A stretch of DNA of 64,000 nt, taken from positions 672,001 to 736,000 of the forward strand of contig JBDRZU010000001.1 in assembly GCA_039804105.1 (NCBI GenBank). Direction: 5' to 3'. Below, one piece after another: positions 29,281 through 38,504 of the stretch (positions are counted from its first letter, which is position 1; each line of letters opens with the position of its first letter). The DNA is from a candidate division WOR-3 bacterium. GTDB taxonomy: Bacteria > Hydrothermota > 32-111. The translations under genes were made by a program, and so were the position numbers. Below the pieces are notes generated by a model, which was not told the DNA's origin, did not search any database, and saw nothing but the letters and a program-made list of their open reading frames with translations.

Positions 29281-29308
29281 ATTATAAAATATTATGAAAA
29301 AAAGTCAA
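29281..29308 (-). promoter_or_regulatory. promoter TTGACT-N16-TATAAT, 7 nt before the GGDEF ATG (likely leaderless)
   Basis: Fills the 37-bp polA-GGDEF gap; no RBS present. Confidence 0.6.
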
Positions 29309-29310
29309 TT

Positions 29311-31782
29311 TCAAATCTCTCCCCAATTTTTGCCTTTTTTTATATTAACACTGAGTATTCGATCAAAAGGTTCTATATCGACCATACACTTTTCACATAT
29401 CTGAGAATATTTTTCAAACATATTCTCCTTCATCTCAAATATTAGTTCATCGTGAACGGTGAGTATTAACATTATATCTTTTTTTTCTTTAATTTTCTGA
29501 AACACATTTTTAATCGCTATTTTCATAATATCGGCTGCTGTCCCCTGGATTGGAGTATTTATGGCCATCCTTTCCCCACTCATCCTTACAGTTTTATTCT
29601 GGGAAAGTATTTCTGGTATATACCTATATCTTCCAAAATATGTTTTTACATAACCATCTTTTGATGCTTCTTTTATGGTTTTTTCAATCCATTCTTTTAC
29701 CCCACTATACTCTTCAAAATACCTGTTGATAAAATTTTCGGCCTCTTTTTTCGAAATACCTAACTCCTGACTTAAACCGTATGAGGTTTTTCCATAGAGA
29801 ACAGAAAAATTAACAATTTTCGCTATACTCCTTTTTTTCTCGTCTATACTTTTATAATCAACATTAAAAATGTATTTTGCAGTTTCATTGTGTATATCCT
29901 TTCCCTCTTGAAAAGCTTTATTGAGATTTTTATCTTTTGAAAGAAATGCAAGAACTCTTAATTCAATCTGGGAATAGTCAAACGAAACTAATATGTTGTC
30001 CTTATCTCTAACAACAAAACCTTCTCTGATTTCTGGTGGAACATTTTGCAAATTTGGGTTTCTAGAAGAAAATCTTCCAGTTGCTGCATAGGATTGTTCA
30101 AAAGTTGTATGAACAATATCACTCTGTTCTGTCAAAGATATTATTGGTAAAATATAACCTTTAAGAAGTTTTGAAAGTTCTCGATGTCTGATCAATAGAT
30201 CGACAACAGGATGTATACCTTTAAGTTGAACAAGTGTTTCATAATTTGTTGAAAACCCTGTTTTACCTTTTTTAACTGGTTTTAGATTCAATTTTTCAAA
30301 GAGTACTTCTGATACCTGTTTCGATGAATTAACATTGAAACTGGTTCCAGTGACCTCAAAAATTTTTTTCTCAATTTTATATATCTCATTCTCTATCTTT
30401 TCATTTTCTTTTTTAAAAAAATTTACATCAACTTTTATTCCATTTTTCTCCATCTCAACTATTGCAGGGATAATTGGAATCTCTATATTTTTGTATACTT
30501 CAAAATTTATATCATTTTGTGAATCAGTAATAAATTTATGTTTTATCCTTACAAATTTAAACAATAGGTCCTTTTTCGAAATTTCTTCAAAATTTTTACC
30601 GTAGTACTCTTCAACAACTCTATTTATATTTGTACTCTTCATTTGTGTTTGCCTTATAGTGTTTATATCTATTATCTCATTGTCACCCTCAAAATTTAAA
30701 AACTCAGAGAAATTTTTCAAATTATCAAAAATCAGCACTTTGTTTGAAATTTTATGGAGTTCTTTAAAACCTTCCCTTTTGTCACATTCAAAGATCCCTT
30801 TATTTGATCCAAAAAGAATCTTCTCCTGATCTTCGAATATAACTATGGAATCGTCTTTTAAAACCTCATCGATAAAGAGTAATTCGTTTATTTTTATATC
30901 TTCTACTTCTACATTTTCATCAAATTTTTTTAAAAGAGAGAAAATTTCATACTCTTTTAAAATATTGTTTATCTTTTTTATATCTTTCTCTTTTATTTTT
31001 ACATCTTCCAATTCGACATCCAGAGCGATATCATCTTTCAACTTTATCAATTCTCTATACTTTTTTAGATTATCAATATTTTTTATTAGTTTTTCTTTAA
31101 GTTTATCGTTCTTTAAGATATCGGGATTTTTGAAAAACTCATCAAGAGAAACGATTTCCTGTAAAATCTTTTCAGCAGTTTTAGGGCCTATTCCCTCTAT
31201 TCCAGGAACATTATCTATGTTATCTCCAATAAGCGAAAAATAATCAATTATCTGTTCTTTTTTTATGTTCAGTTTCTCTTCAATACCTTTTTCATCGAGT
31301 ACAGGATATTTCCCATTCTCCTTCTTAGGATAGATAATTTTTACTTTATGATCAACAAGTTGTCCCATATCTTTATCGCTTGTAACAATAAAAATATTTT
31401 CAAAACTGTTGTAAAATTTTTTACACAAACTTGCTATCAGATCATCCGATTCAAAACCCTGTAATGAAAGGATATTTATTCCAAAATTTCTGACAATTTC
31501 ATATATAACCGGTATTTGAGAGATCAACTCATCAGGGGCTTTTTCCCTCTCTGCTTTATATTCAGCATACAGATTATGTCTGAATGTTGGTTCTTTCATG
31601 TCTACAGTACATACAATATATTCGATTCTATTTGACTCAAGAAGATCAAGTAAAAAACTTGTTGTTCCAAAAATCGCTGAAGTATTTAATCCCTTTGAGT
31701 TCCTCAAAGGGTTTTTCATAAAAGCGAAAAAATTTCTATAGATAATGTTTGTAAGATCAACAAGAAAAAGTTCTTTTTTCAC
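29311..31782 (-). CDS. polA: DNA polymerase I (5'-3' exonuclease + polymerase; degenerate 3'-5' exonuclease region)
   Basis: 'YKA.R', 'DKD..QL', 'DNVPGI.GIGPKTA', 'TGRFSS.NPNLQN', 'DYSQIELR', 'VHDEL'. Confidence 0.96.
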   Translation of the reverse strand: MKKELFLVDLTNIIYRNFFAFMKNPLRNSKGLNTSAIFGTTSFLLDLLESNRIEYIVCTVDMKEPTFRHNLYAEYKAEREKAPDELISQIPVIYEIVRNFGINILSLQGFESDDLIASLCKKFYNSFENIFIVTSDKDMGQLVDHKVKIIYPKKENGKYPVLDEKGIEEKLNIKKEQIIDYFSLIGDNIDNVPGIEGIGPKTAEKILQEIVSLDEFFKNPDILKNDKLKEKLIKNIDNLKKYRELIKLKDDIALDVELEDVKIKEKDIKKINNILKEYEIFSLLKKFDENVEVEDIKINELLFIDEVLKDDSIVIFEDQEKILFGSNKGIFECDKREGFKELHKISNKVLIFDNLKNFSEFLNFEGDNEIIDINTIRQTQMKSTNINRVVEEYYGKNFEEISKKDLLFKFVRIKHKFITDSQNDINFEVYKNIEIPIIPAIVEMEKNGIKVDVNFFKKENEKIENEIYKIEKKIFEVTGTSFNVNSSKQVSEVLFEKLNLKPVKKGKTGFSTNYETLVQLKGIHPVVDLLIRHRELSKLLKGYILPIISLTEQSDIVHTTFEQSYAATGRFSSRNPNLQNVPPEIREGFVVRDKDNILVSFDYSQIELRVLAFLSKDKNLNKAFQEGKDIHNETAKYIFNVDYKSIDEKKRSIAKIVNFSVLYGKTSYGLSQELGISKKEAENFINRYFEEYSGVKEWIEKTIKEASKDGYVKTYFGRYRYIPEILSQNKTVRMSGERMAINTPIQGTAADIMKIAIKNVFQKIKEKKDIMLILTVHDELIFEMKENMFEKYSQICEKCMVDIEPFDRILSVNIKKGKNWGEI

Positions 31783-32351
31783 CTGTACAACCTTTCACTT
31801 ATTATTATCTTTACAACATTGTCAGGAACAAGACCGTTGACTCTAACACCTTTCTTTATAAGTTCTCTTATCATTGATGATGAAATCTCAATTACAGGGT
31901 TATCTGCAACAATCGCATTTTCAAAAAACTTTTTGTCGAAATCCGGTTTTTCACAATACCTTCTTGTGATGATAAAATTTGCATACCTTTTCAGTTCATC
32001 GTATCTATGCCATTTTATTATGTTGGATGCCTCATCATCACCTATTATCAAAAAAAGTTCATCATTTTTATAATCATCTTTTAACCTTTTTAAGGTATAT
32101 ATTGTGTATGATGGTAATGGAAGTGAACTTTCAATATCTGAAACAACAACCTCAGAAAAGTTCCTAAACGCTTCTGTTGCCATAGCAAGACGGATTCCAA
32201 AAGGTGTAGAGTACTCTTCTTTCAAAGGTTGTCTATATGCTGGAATAACTATTATTTTCTCAACATACTTTTTATCTAAAATGTACTGGACAGAAAAAAT
32301 ATGTCCTATATGAACAGGATCAAACCCTCCACCAAAAATACCTATTTTCAT
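31779..32351 (-). CDS. nadD: nicotinate-nucleotide adenylyltransferase
   Basis: 'GGGFDPVHIGH', 'SYT..TL', 'IIG.D', 'ISSS.IRE'. Confidence 0.94.
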   Translation of the reverse strand: MKIGIFGGGFDPVHIGHIFSVQYILDKKYVEKIIVIPAYRQPLKEEYSTPFGIRLAMATEAFRNFSEVVVSDIESSLPLPSYTIYTLKRLKDDYKNDELFLIIGDDEASNIIKWHRYDELKRYANFIITRRYCEKPDFDKKFFENAIVADNPVIEISSSMIRELIKKGVRVNGLVPDNVVKIIISERLYR

Positions 32352-33100
32352 AGAAATTTTGAGATTTTATCGATTATCTTCTTACTCTCTTTGAAATATT
32401 TACTATTTTCACTAACCTTTTGTAATATTTCGATAGATTTCTGATAGTTTTTATTCATAAACAATGCTCTTCCATAAGAAAAATAGTATCTATCCTTTAA
32501 CTCGTTTTTAAGATTATCTTCATTGATCAACTCATAATAAATTTCCGCTGATCTGTATTTTTTCCCTCTGTAATAGAAATCACCTGTATGCAACTTTTTT
32601 TCTTCGATCCGTGAAAGGAGTAGATTTAATAAGGAGTCAATTTCTTTGCTCCTTTCATCATCATAGTAACTCATCAAAAACTCTCTCATAACTCCTATTG
32701 CCGAAAATGTTAAACTCTGATCGAACTGATATGGTGGTGCAATCTTAAAATAGGATATAGATAACTTATAGAGAGCATCCTTTTTCAGATTATAACTTTT
32801 ATAATTTTTTATAAAATACTCAAATTCAACTATTGATTCAGTATACGATTTTTTATTAAAATATGAATCACCAAGGTAATATTGTGCAAGTTCAGTTTTT
32901 TTGTTTGCAGGATATGTAAAAATATATTTTTGGAAAAGATCTATAGATTTATCCCATTTTTTTTGTTCGTAAAAATTTAATGCTTTATTAAAAAGTTCTT
33001 CATCTGAAATATCGATTTGGGACAATTTTTCCTTTTTCGCACAAGATATTATAAAAAAAAATAAAAACAATAAAAATATAATATAAAAATTTTTTCTCAT
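32348..33100 (-). CDS. bamD: outer membrane protein assembly factor BamD
   Basis: Lipobox IISC; TPRs; 'PPYQFDQSLT..A', 'DFYY...Y.SA..YY'. Confidence 0.85.
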   Translation of the reverse strand: MRKNFYIIFLLFLFFFIISCAKKEKLSQIDISDEELFNKALNFYEQKKWDKSIDLFQKYIFTYPANKKTELAQYYLGDSYFNKKSYTESIVEFEYFIKNYKSYNLKKDALYKLSISYFKIAPPYQFDQSLTFSAIGVMREFLMSYYDDERSKEIDSLLNLLLSRIEEKKLHTGDFYYRGKKYRSAEIYYELINEDNLKNELKDRYYFSYGRALFMNKNYQKSIEILQKVSENSKYFKESKKIIDKISKFL

Positions 33101-34008
33101 TTCATATTCCTTCTTAATATCTCTTTCAACTTTTCGTTCGCTTCATCAAGATTATCTGAAGATCCATAAACTTTTACATCAGAATATTCTTTAACTTTGT
33201 TGTAATGAAAGATCGCTTTATCAAAATCGTTCAGTTCAAAATATATGTTTCCAACATAAAGATGAGCATCATCAAGTAATGAAAGAGGAATGGGTTTGTT
33301 TATAAAATCAAGGAGCAGATTCAAAGCATCATCATAACTTTTTTTCTCATATTTTTCTTTAGCAATATAAAATTTGAGTTCACCTGCGATCACTTTAAAA
33401 TCTACATCTCCACTTGCTCCTTCGACTGAAAATTCATCAGAAGCTTTTTGAGCAATTATAAGAGCAGTATCAATTTTTTCTTCAATTTTATATATTTCTA
33501 TGAGCATTTTATAAACATTTACTTTTTCAGATGATGTTAAAGAGATGTTCAGAGAATTATTTAACATCAATTTTGCCTTTTGGAAATCTTTTCCATCATA
33601 GAAGTATTTCCCAAGATGATAGAAACCTATGTTAATATCATAAGTTGGACTCAGTTCGATTATTTTCAACCAGTACTTTACCGAATTTGCAGTATAACCT
33701 TTCATAAAATCAGTCATCGCAATATTTGAGTATGACTTCAAAACTCTACCTTTTAAAGAGGGATCGGTTTCAAGGGCAAGTGTATAAAAAGAATCTGCAA
33801 CTGATAGTTTTCTTAAATCTTTATACGCTTCAGCGAGATTGAAATAATCTTTGCCTGTTTTTTTACCTTTATTCTCAAGTATATTTATTACTTCAAAATA
33901 CTTCTTCTCCGATAACATTTTTTCAATTTTATCGCTCCCGCTGTTTGTACATGATGTTAACAAAGAAGAAAAAAATAAAGCAAAAATTACACTGTATAGA
34001 GATTTCAT
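33097..34008 (-). CDS. TPR-repeat lipoprotein
   Basis: Lipobox LTSC followed by several TPR-like repeats. Confidence 0.8.
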   Translation of the reverse strand: MKSLYSVIFALFFSSLLTSCTNSGSDKIEKMLSEKKYFEVINILENKGKKTGKDYFNLAEAYKDLRKLSVADSFYTLALETDPSLKGRVLKSYSNIAMTDFMKGYTANSVKYWLKIIELSPTYDINIGFYHLGKYFYDGKDFQKAKLMLNNSLNISLTSSEKVNVYKMLIEIYKIEEKIDTALIIAQKASDEFSVEGASGDVDFKVIAGELKFYIAKEKYEKKSYDDALNLLLDFINKPIPLSLLDDAHLYVGNIYFELNDFDKAIFHYNKVKEYSDVKVYGSSDNLDEANEKLKEILRRNMK

Positions 34009-34824
34009 TTAAAAAGTTACCTTTTCTAAAAATTTTGTTATCAGTTTTTTCAAGTTCTCTTCTGCTCTTTTTGCATTATTAACTACATATTCAAAAGATA
34101 CAGGTTCCATATGATCAGGAAGTCCCATATCTGTTATAACAGAAAACCCTACAACTGGAATATTCATATGTTTTGCTACAAGTGCCTCTGGAACCGTTGA
34201 CATTCCAACAGCATCAGCACCAAGTATTCTTATCATTCTGTATTCAGCACCTGTTTCAAGGTTTGGTCCCTGTATCGCAAGGTAAACTCCTTTTCTCAGA
34301 GGTATTTTAACTTCAAGTGCTGCTTCCTCTGCAATTTCTTGATATTTTTTTGGATATACTTCATAACCATCAGGGAATCTTGGACCAAGTTCATCAAGAT
34401 TTTTCCCTCTTAATGGATTACCTGGTAAAAAGTTGATGTGGTCAGTTATAAGCATTATTTCACCTGCTTTAAAAAGTGGATTGACACCACCCGCTGCATT
34501 TGAAACTATCAAAAGTTTTGCACCAAGATAAAGCATAACCCTAACAGGAAATGTTATCGTTTGGAAATCATAACCTTCGTAATAATGGAACCTACCAGCC
34601 ATCGCTATAACCTTTTTTCCAGCAAGTTCACCAAAAATAAGTTCACCAGCATGACTTTCAACAGTCGATATTGGGAAATCGGGAATATCTTTGTATGAAA
34701 GTTTTGCTTTCACATTTATAATCTTCCCAAGTTCAGACATACCTGTTCCAAGTATTATTGCAACTTCAGGATTCACAAAACCTTTTTCTTTTAAAAATTC
34801 AGATGTCTTTTTTATCTTCTCCAT
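34009..34824 (-). CDS. punA: purine-nucleoside phosphorylase (trimeric PunA type)
   Basis: 'IILGTG', 'GRFHYYEG', 'NAAGG', 'GPNLET.AE', 'VGMSTVPE'. Start set at ATG 34824. Confidence 0.93.
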   Translation of the reverse strand: MEKIKKTSEFLKEKGFVNPEVAIILGTGMSELGKIINVKAKLSYKDIPDFPISTVESHAGELIFGELAGKKVIAMAGRFHYYEGYDFQTITFPVRVMLYLGAKLLIVSNAAGGVNPLFKAGEIMLITDHINFLPGNPLRGKNLDELGPRFPDGYEVYPKKYQEIAEEAALEVKIPLRKGVYLAIQGPNLETGAEYRMIRILGADAVGMSTVPEALVAKHMNIPVVGFSVITDMGLPDHMEPVSFEYVVNNAKRAEENLKKLITKFLEKVTF

Positions 34825-35377
34825 CATTTTCACCTTCCTTTTTAATTTGACTGAATAAAGAACCAAAGTTAACTATTTTTTCTGGATGTTCTCTTAAGAC
34901 TTTGTTTATCTCATTAACTTCTATCTTATGTTCAACAACTTCCTGATCAAGTGTTTTAAAATATGATTCGAGAATACCTCTAAACCTTGATAAGAAATTG
35001 TTTTTTAATGTGATCAAACTTTTTATTTCATTTTTAAGATTGTTGAGTTCAGCTCTTGAACTTGCAAGATATGCTTCCGCCTCAAGTTGAGCGTTCTTTT
35101 TTATAATCTCTGCCTCTTTTAGAGCGTTTGCACGGAGTTCAGATGAACTTTTTGTTGCAGAAGTCAATGTTTCTTGCAATGTTTTTTCAAGATTTTTATA
35201 TCTTTCAAGTTCCTTTGAAAGGTTTTCAATCTGTTCTTTCAAATTATAATTCTCTTTTAAAAGTTCTTCAAACTGCTCTGAAACTGTATTCAAAAAAGTT
35301 GTTACCTCATGTATATCATAACCTTTCAAAGATTTTTTGAATTCCTGTTTTTTTATCTCCAAAGGAGTTATATCCAT
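34799..35377 (-). CDS. divIVA: DivIVA domain protein
   Basis: 'ITPLEIKKQEFKKSLKGYD..EV..FL' followed by a coiled coil. Confidence 0.9.
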   Translation of the reverse strand: MDITPLEIKKQEFKKSLKGYDIHEVTTFLNTVSEQFEELLKENYNLKEQIENLSKELERYKNLEKTLQETLTSATKSSSELRANALKEAEIIKKNAQLEAEAYLASSRAELNNLKNEIKSLITLKNNFLSRFRGILESYFKTLDQEVVEHKIEVNEINKVLREHPEKIVNFGSLFSQIKKEGENDGEDKKDI

Positions 35378-35400
35378 TTTTCCTCCTAATATAAAAAATT

Positions 35401-35428
35401 ATTATATACCCCTAAGCAAAAAAATCAA
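35401..35428 (-). promoter_or_regulatory. promoter TTGATT-N16-TATAAT for divIVA-punA operon
   Basis: Read on the minus strand upstream of an AGGAGG RBS. Confidence 0.55.
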
Positions 35429-35447
35429 TAATTTAAGGTTTTAAACT

Positions 35448-36899
35448 TCACATAAAAAATCTGAAACCACAATTTATCGACAACCCTTTTGGAGAATATC
35501 CTCCACCACCACTCCAAAAATATTGTGTTTTCACATTTAAAAATTTTAATAAGCCAAATGAAAATCCAAAGCCAAAACATCTTGGTTTTGACATCGACTT
35601 GTTAACCATGTTTGAAAAATCAAAAAGAGATATCAGATCACAAGAAAATTCAAGTGAAAAAGATTGATATCCACTTAACATAACAATAGGTAAATATTTT
35701 CCAAAAGTTTCTCCCTCTTTTGCAGGTGAAAAGTAGTAACCAATATATACCCCCCCACCTTCTTCAAGGACACCCAGTCCACCACCAAAATAGTTTCTCC
35801 CAACTGATCTCATATAATCGAGATTTACAAAAAAACCTTCATCTTTTATTCGAAAACCACTACTTGAACTATAATCTTGATACGAGTATGAAGAAGAAGA
35901 ACCAGAAAGTTCTTCATACTTTTCTTTTAATTTTTTTGTCAAATCGTTATATTCGCCATAAAAATCCTTAGCATTTATATATGCTTGATAATAACTTTCT
36001 CTTGCCTGTTTTTTATCATATTTCTGTTCATAAGTGAGTCCAAGCCAATCGTAAAGATTGATCACATTTTTTTTGGAATCTATTGATTTATAGTTATCCA
36101 GTGATTTTTTAAAATAAACTAATGCTGAGTCGTAGTTATATTGACCATAAAAGACCCTTGCAATAAGATAATAATTAAACGCATTAAATGAATATTCCTG
36201 TGGGAATTTTTCACCAATCTGCATTGCTGAAAAAAGATTTTTCTTCGCTTTTTCATAAGATTTATTGTAAAAATATGATTCTCCAAGTCGGGAATAGTCA
36301 TAAGCAAGAAAATCAAATTCTTTTCTTGGATCCTTTTTGTATGTTTTGGATAACATTTTTTTATCAAACTCCAAACTATTTTCAAAATAAACGATTGCAC
36401 TATCATAGTTGTTCACATTGTACAAATAGATCTGTCCTATATAAAACAAAACGAATGATATCCTCTCATTCTGATCATCAAATTGATAAAAGTATTTTTT
36501 CGATTTTTTATAATAATCAAGTGCCTGATAATAATTTTTATCACTCTCTTCTAAATTCCCAAGATAATAGTAATAATGACTGATAAGAAAACTTGAACCA
36601 TCTTCATACTGTTTTGCCTGTTTCAAATATTTCTTTGCTTTTTCATAGTTCTCTTTCTCAAAGTATGATGCACCAACATAAAAAAGAGCACCAAATTTAA
36701 AATTTTCTGAATAAATACTAAATAAATATTCATCACTGATAGTGGGTTCGAGAACTTCGATAATATCATCATACGACTTTAAATAAAAAAATGTTAAAGA
36801 ATCAAGTACTAAAATTGATTTTTCTGTTTCTGTTAGATCTGATAAAGAAAAAATATTAATAGATACCAAAATCAAAACTATAAAAATCAAATTTTTCAT
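35448..36899 (-). CDS. secreted TPR protein with Ser-rich linker and C-terminal putative beta-barrel
   Basis: Signal peptide, multiple TPRs, 'SGSSSSYSYQDYSSSSG', then alternating aromatic/Gly strands ending 'INCGFRFFM'. Confidence 0.65.
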   Translation of the reverse strand: MKNLIFIVLILVSINIFSLSDLTETEKSILVLDSLTFFYLKSYDDIIEVLEPTISDEYLFSIYSENFKFGALFYVGASYFEKENYEKAKKYLKQAKQYEDGSSFLISHYYYYLGNLEESDKNYYQALDYYKKSKKYFYQFDDQNERISFVLFYIGQIYLYNVNNYDSAIVYFENSLEFDKKMLSKTYKKDPRKEFDFLAYDYSRLGESYFYNKSYEKAKKNLFSAMQIGEKFPQEYSFNAFNYYLIARVFYGQYNYDSALVYFKKSLDNYKSIDSKKNVINLYDWLGLTYEQKYDKKQARESYYQAYINAKDFYGEYNDLTKKLKEKYEELSGSSSSYSYQDYSSSSGFRIKDEGFFVNLDYMRSVGRNYFGGGLGVLEEGGGVYIGYYFSPAKEGETFGKYLPIVMLSGYQSFSLEFSCDLISLFDFSNMVNKSMSKPRCFGFGFSFGLLKFLNVKTQYFWSGGGGYSPKGLSINCGFRFFM

Positions 36900-36901
36900 A
36901 G

Positions 36902-37579
36902 CTACCTCTCAATTATAGTGTCAAGATTTAACACAACACTAACAGGAACATAGAACCCATAAACATCGTATATATATTCTGAGTCCTTAACCATTCCAAC
37001 ACCCTCTTTATACCATCTTATATATTCATAAACATATCCATAGTATATTTCTCTTTCAAAAAATTTAACCTTAACTTTCCAGCATCCATCATAACCATTT
37101 ACATCCTCTTTTCCTTCAACGGATGCAACAAGTGTATCATACGAAGAGAAAAAATAATAATTCCCTGAATGTCCTTCCCATTTTTTGCCTTCATAAAGAG
37201 GAAAATCTAAAAATTTTATTGGATAATCTGTAAACAAACTCGTTCCATAAGAAAAAAATCCAAAATCGTTGATCGAATAATAAATATTATCGTAATACCA
37301 GAGTAAATAACCATTCTGATCGTATGCATATTTATTTAAAACCCATAACTTATCCCCAGTATCAATTTCTATCTGGTTTTCATTATAAAAATATTCAAGT
37401 TTTGAAACATTGTAATAGGTGTTAGTTCCATTGTTGATAACAGAATAAATATAAATTTTTTTTGGATCAACAGGCATAACTTCCTTTCCAGCACTATCGG
37501 AGAAAGGATTATAAGGACCTGAACAAGATAGTAAAAATAAAGCAAGAATTATGGGGAAAAAGATAATTATTCTTTTCAT
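36902..37579 (-). CDS. Tyr-rich lipoprotein of unknown function
   Basis: Lipobox LLSC; 'FPL..GKKW', 'GCWKV', 'WY.EGVGMVK' pattern. Confidence 0.75.
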   Translation of the reverse strand: MKRIIIFFPIILALFLLSCSGPYNPFSDSAGKEVMPVDPKKIYIYSVINNGTNTYYNVSKLEYFYNENQIEIDTGDKLWVLNKYAYDQNGYLLWYYDNIYYSINDFGFFSYGTSLFTDYPIKFLDFPLYEGKKWEGHSGNYYFFSSYDTLVASVEGKEDVNGYDGCWKVKVKFFEREIYYGYVYEYIRWYKEGVGMVKDSEYIYDVYGFYVPVSVVLNLDTIIER

Positions 37580-37598
37580 ACAATCTCCCTTTTTTTTG

Positions 37599-37626
37599 AT
37601 TCTATTAAAATATTTTCCACTGTCAA
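37599..37626 (-). promoter_or_regulatory. promoter TTGACA-N16-TAGAAT
   Basis: Read on the minus strand upstream of a GGGAG RBS and ATG 37579. Confidence 0.6.
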
Positions 37627-37702
37627 TACAGTTTTCATTTTATTTTCGGGGACGGTGCTTGACTTTTTGACATTTTGCTGTAACTATTTTTAAATATACA
37701 TC

Positions 37703-37730
37703 TTGCAAAAAATTAAATGCTGGTTAAATT
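37703..37730 (+). promoter_or_regulatory. possible promoter TTGCAA-N16-TAAATT, 7 nt before ATG 37738
   Basis: Weak match, but same geometry as the other leaderless candidates. Confidence 0.35.
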
Positions 37731-37737
37731 TACAAAA

Positions 37738-38324
37738 ATGGATTCAACAAAGATAATTTCAACAATATATATTTCAACTTTTTTTTGGTACTCTTGGTTA
37801 ATATTATTTTTAAACTAAAAACGGAAAAAAATAATATTTTTAACTTTTCCTTAAAAAGTAAAGATGGTATTTATTCATTTATAATCTTTTCATTCACAAA
37901 CATCTGGATTTTTGAAATTTTCAGGAATTCATTTTTTCCTTTTGATAATATTTTGTTTAAAAATTTTTTAACTTACTCAGTTTTTAAAATTTTTTCTGCA
38001 ATCCTTTTTTTGTTTGGAATAATATTTTATATAAGATCTTTGGTCGATTTAAACAGTGAATGGGTAGTTGGAACAGATCCGAAAAAAGTAAAACAACTTG
38101 TAACAACAGGTATCTATTCTTATACAAGAAATCCAATCTATATATTTTTCATAATATTTTATTTTTCCATCTTTTTACTTTTTGGATCAATTGAAATGTT
38201 TTTATTTTTTATAGCTGCAACATTTATATTTTACAGAATCGTTTTAATCGAAGAAAAAGAACTTGAAAAAAGATTTAAGGGTAAATATATAGATTACAAG
38301 AAAAAGGTAAAAAGATTCATTTGA
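37738..38324 (+). CDS. isoprenylcysteine carboxylmethyltransferase/PEMT family membrane protein, apparently frameshifted in a T8 run near the 5' end
   Basis: 'LVTTGIYSYTRNPIY', 'EEKEL...F...Y.DYKKKVKRF'. ATG 37738 joins the 37785 ORF if T8 (37779-37786) is T9. Confidence 0.75.
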
Positions 38325-38331
38325 ATTCTTC

Positions 38332-38405
38332 TGGCTGGGGAGCAGGGATTCGAACCCCGATAGCATGATCCAGAGTCATGAGTCCTGCCGTTGGACGACT
38401 CCCCA
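38332..38405 (-). tRNA. tRNA-Gln(CTG), CCA encoded
   Basis: TGGGGAG...CTCCCCA-G-CCA acceptor; anticodon arm CATGA-CT-CTG-GA-TCATG; GTTCGAATC T-loop. Confidence 0.95.
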
Positions 38406-38429
38406 ATTTTATGATAAGGTATAAAAGAG

Positions 38430-38501
38430 TAGCGGTACGGGGAATCGAACCCCGGTTTTATGGCTGAGAACCACACGTCCTAGCCGCTAGACGATACCGC
38501 C
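38430..38501 (-). tRNA. tRNA-Glu(CTC), CCA not encoded
   Basis: GGCGGTA...TACCGCT-A acceptor; anticodon arm TGTGG-TT-CTC-AG-CCATA; GTTCGATTC T-loop. Confidence 0.95.
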
Positions 38502-38504
38502 ATT

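Noticed and set aside
37738..38324. Link between the ICMT/PEMT-family methyltransferase and the isoprenoid ether-lipid genes
   Set aside because: It is 13 kb away on the opposite strand, and the family is widespread in bacteria; the name alone is not evidence.
35448..38332. Possible genomic islet integrated at the tRNA-Gln(CTG) 3' end
   Set aside because: No integrase and no duplicated tRNA 3' end (att repeat) were seen.
38294..38476. 60-aa minus-strand ORF in the track
   Set aside because: It is a translation of the tRNA-Glu and tRNA-Gln genes, not a protein.
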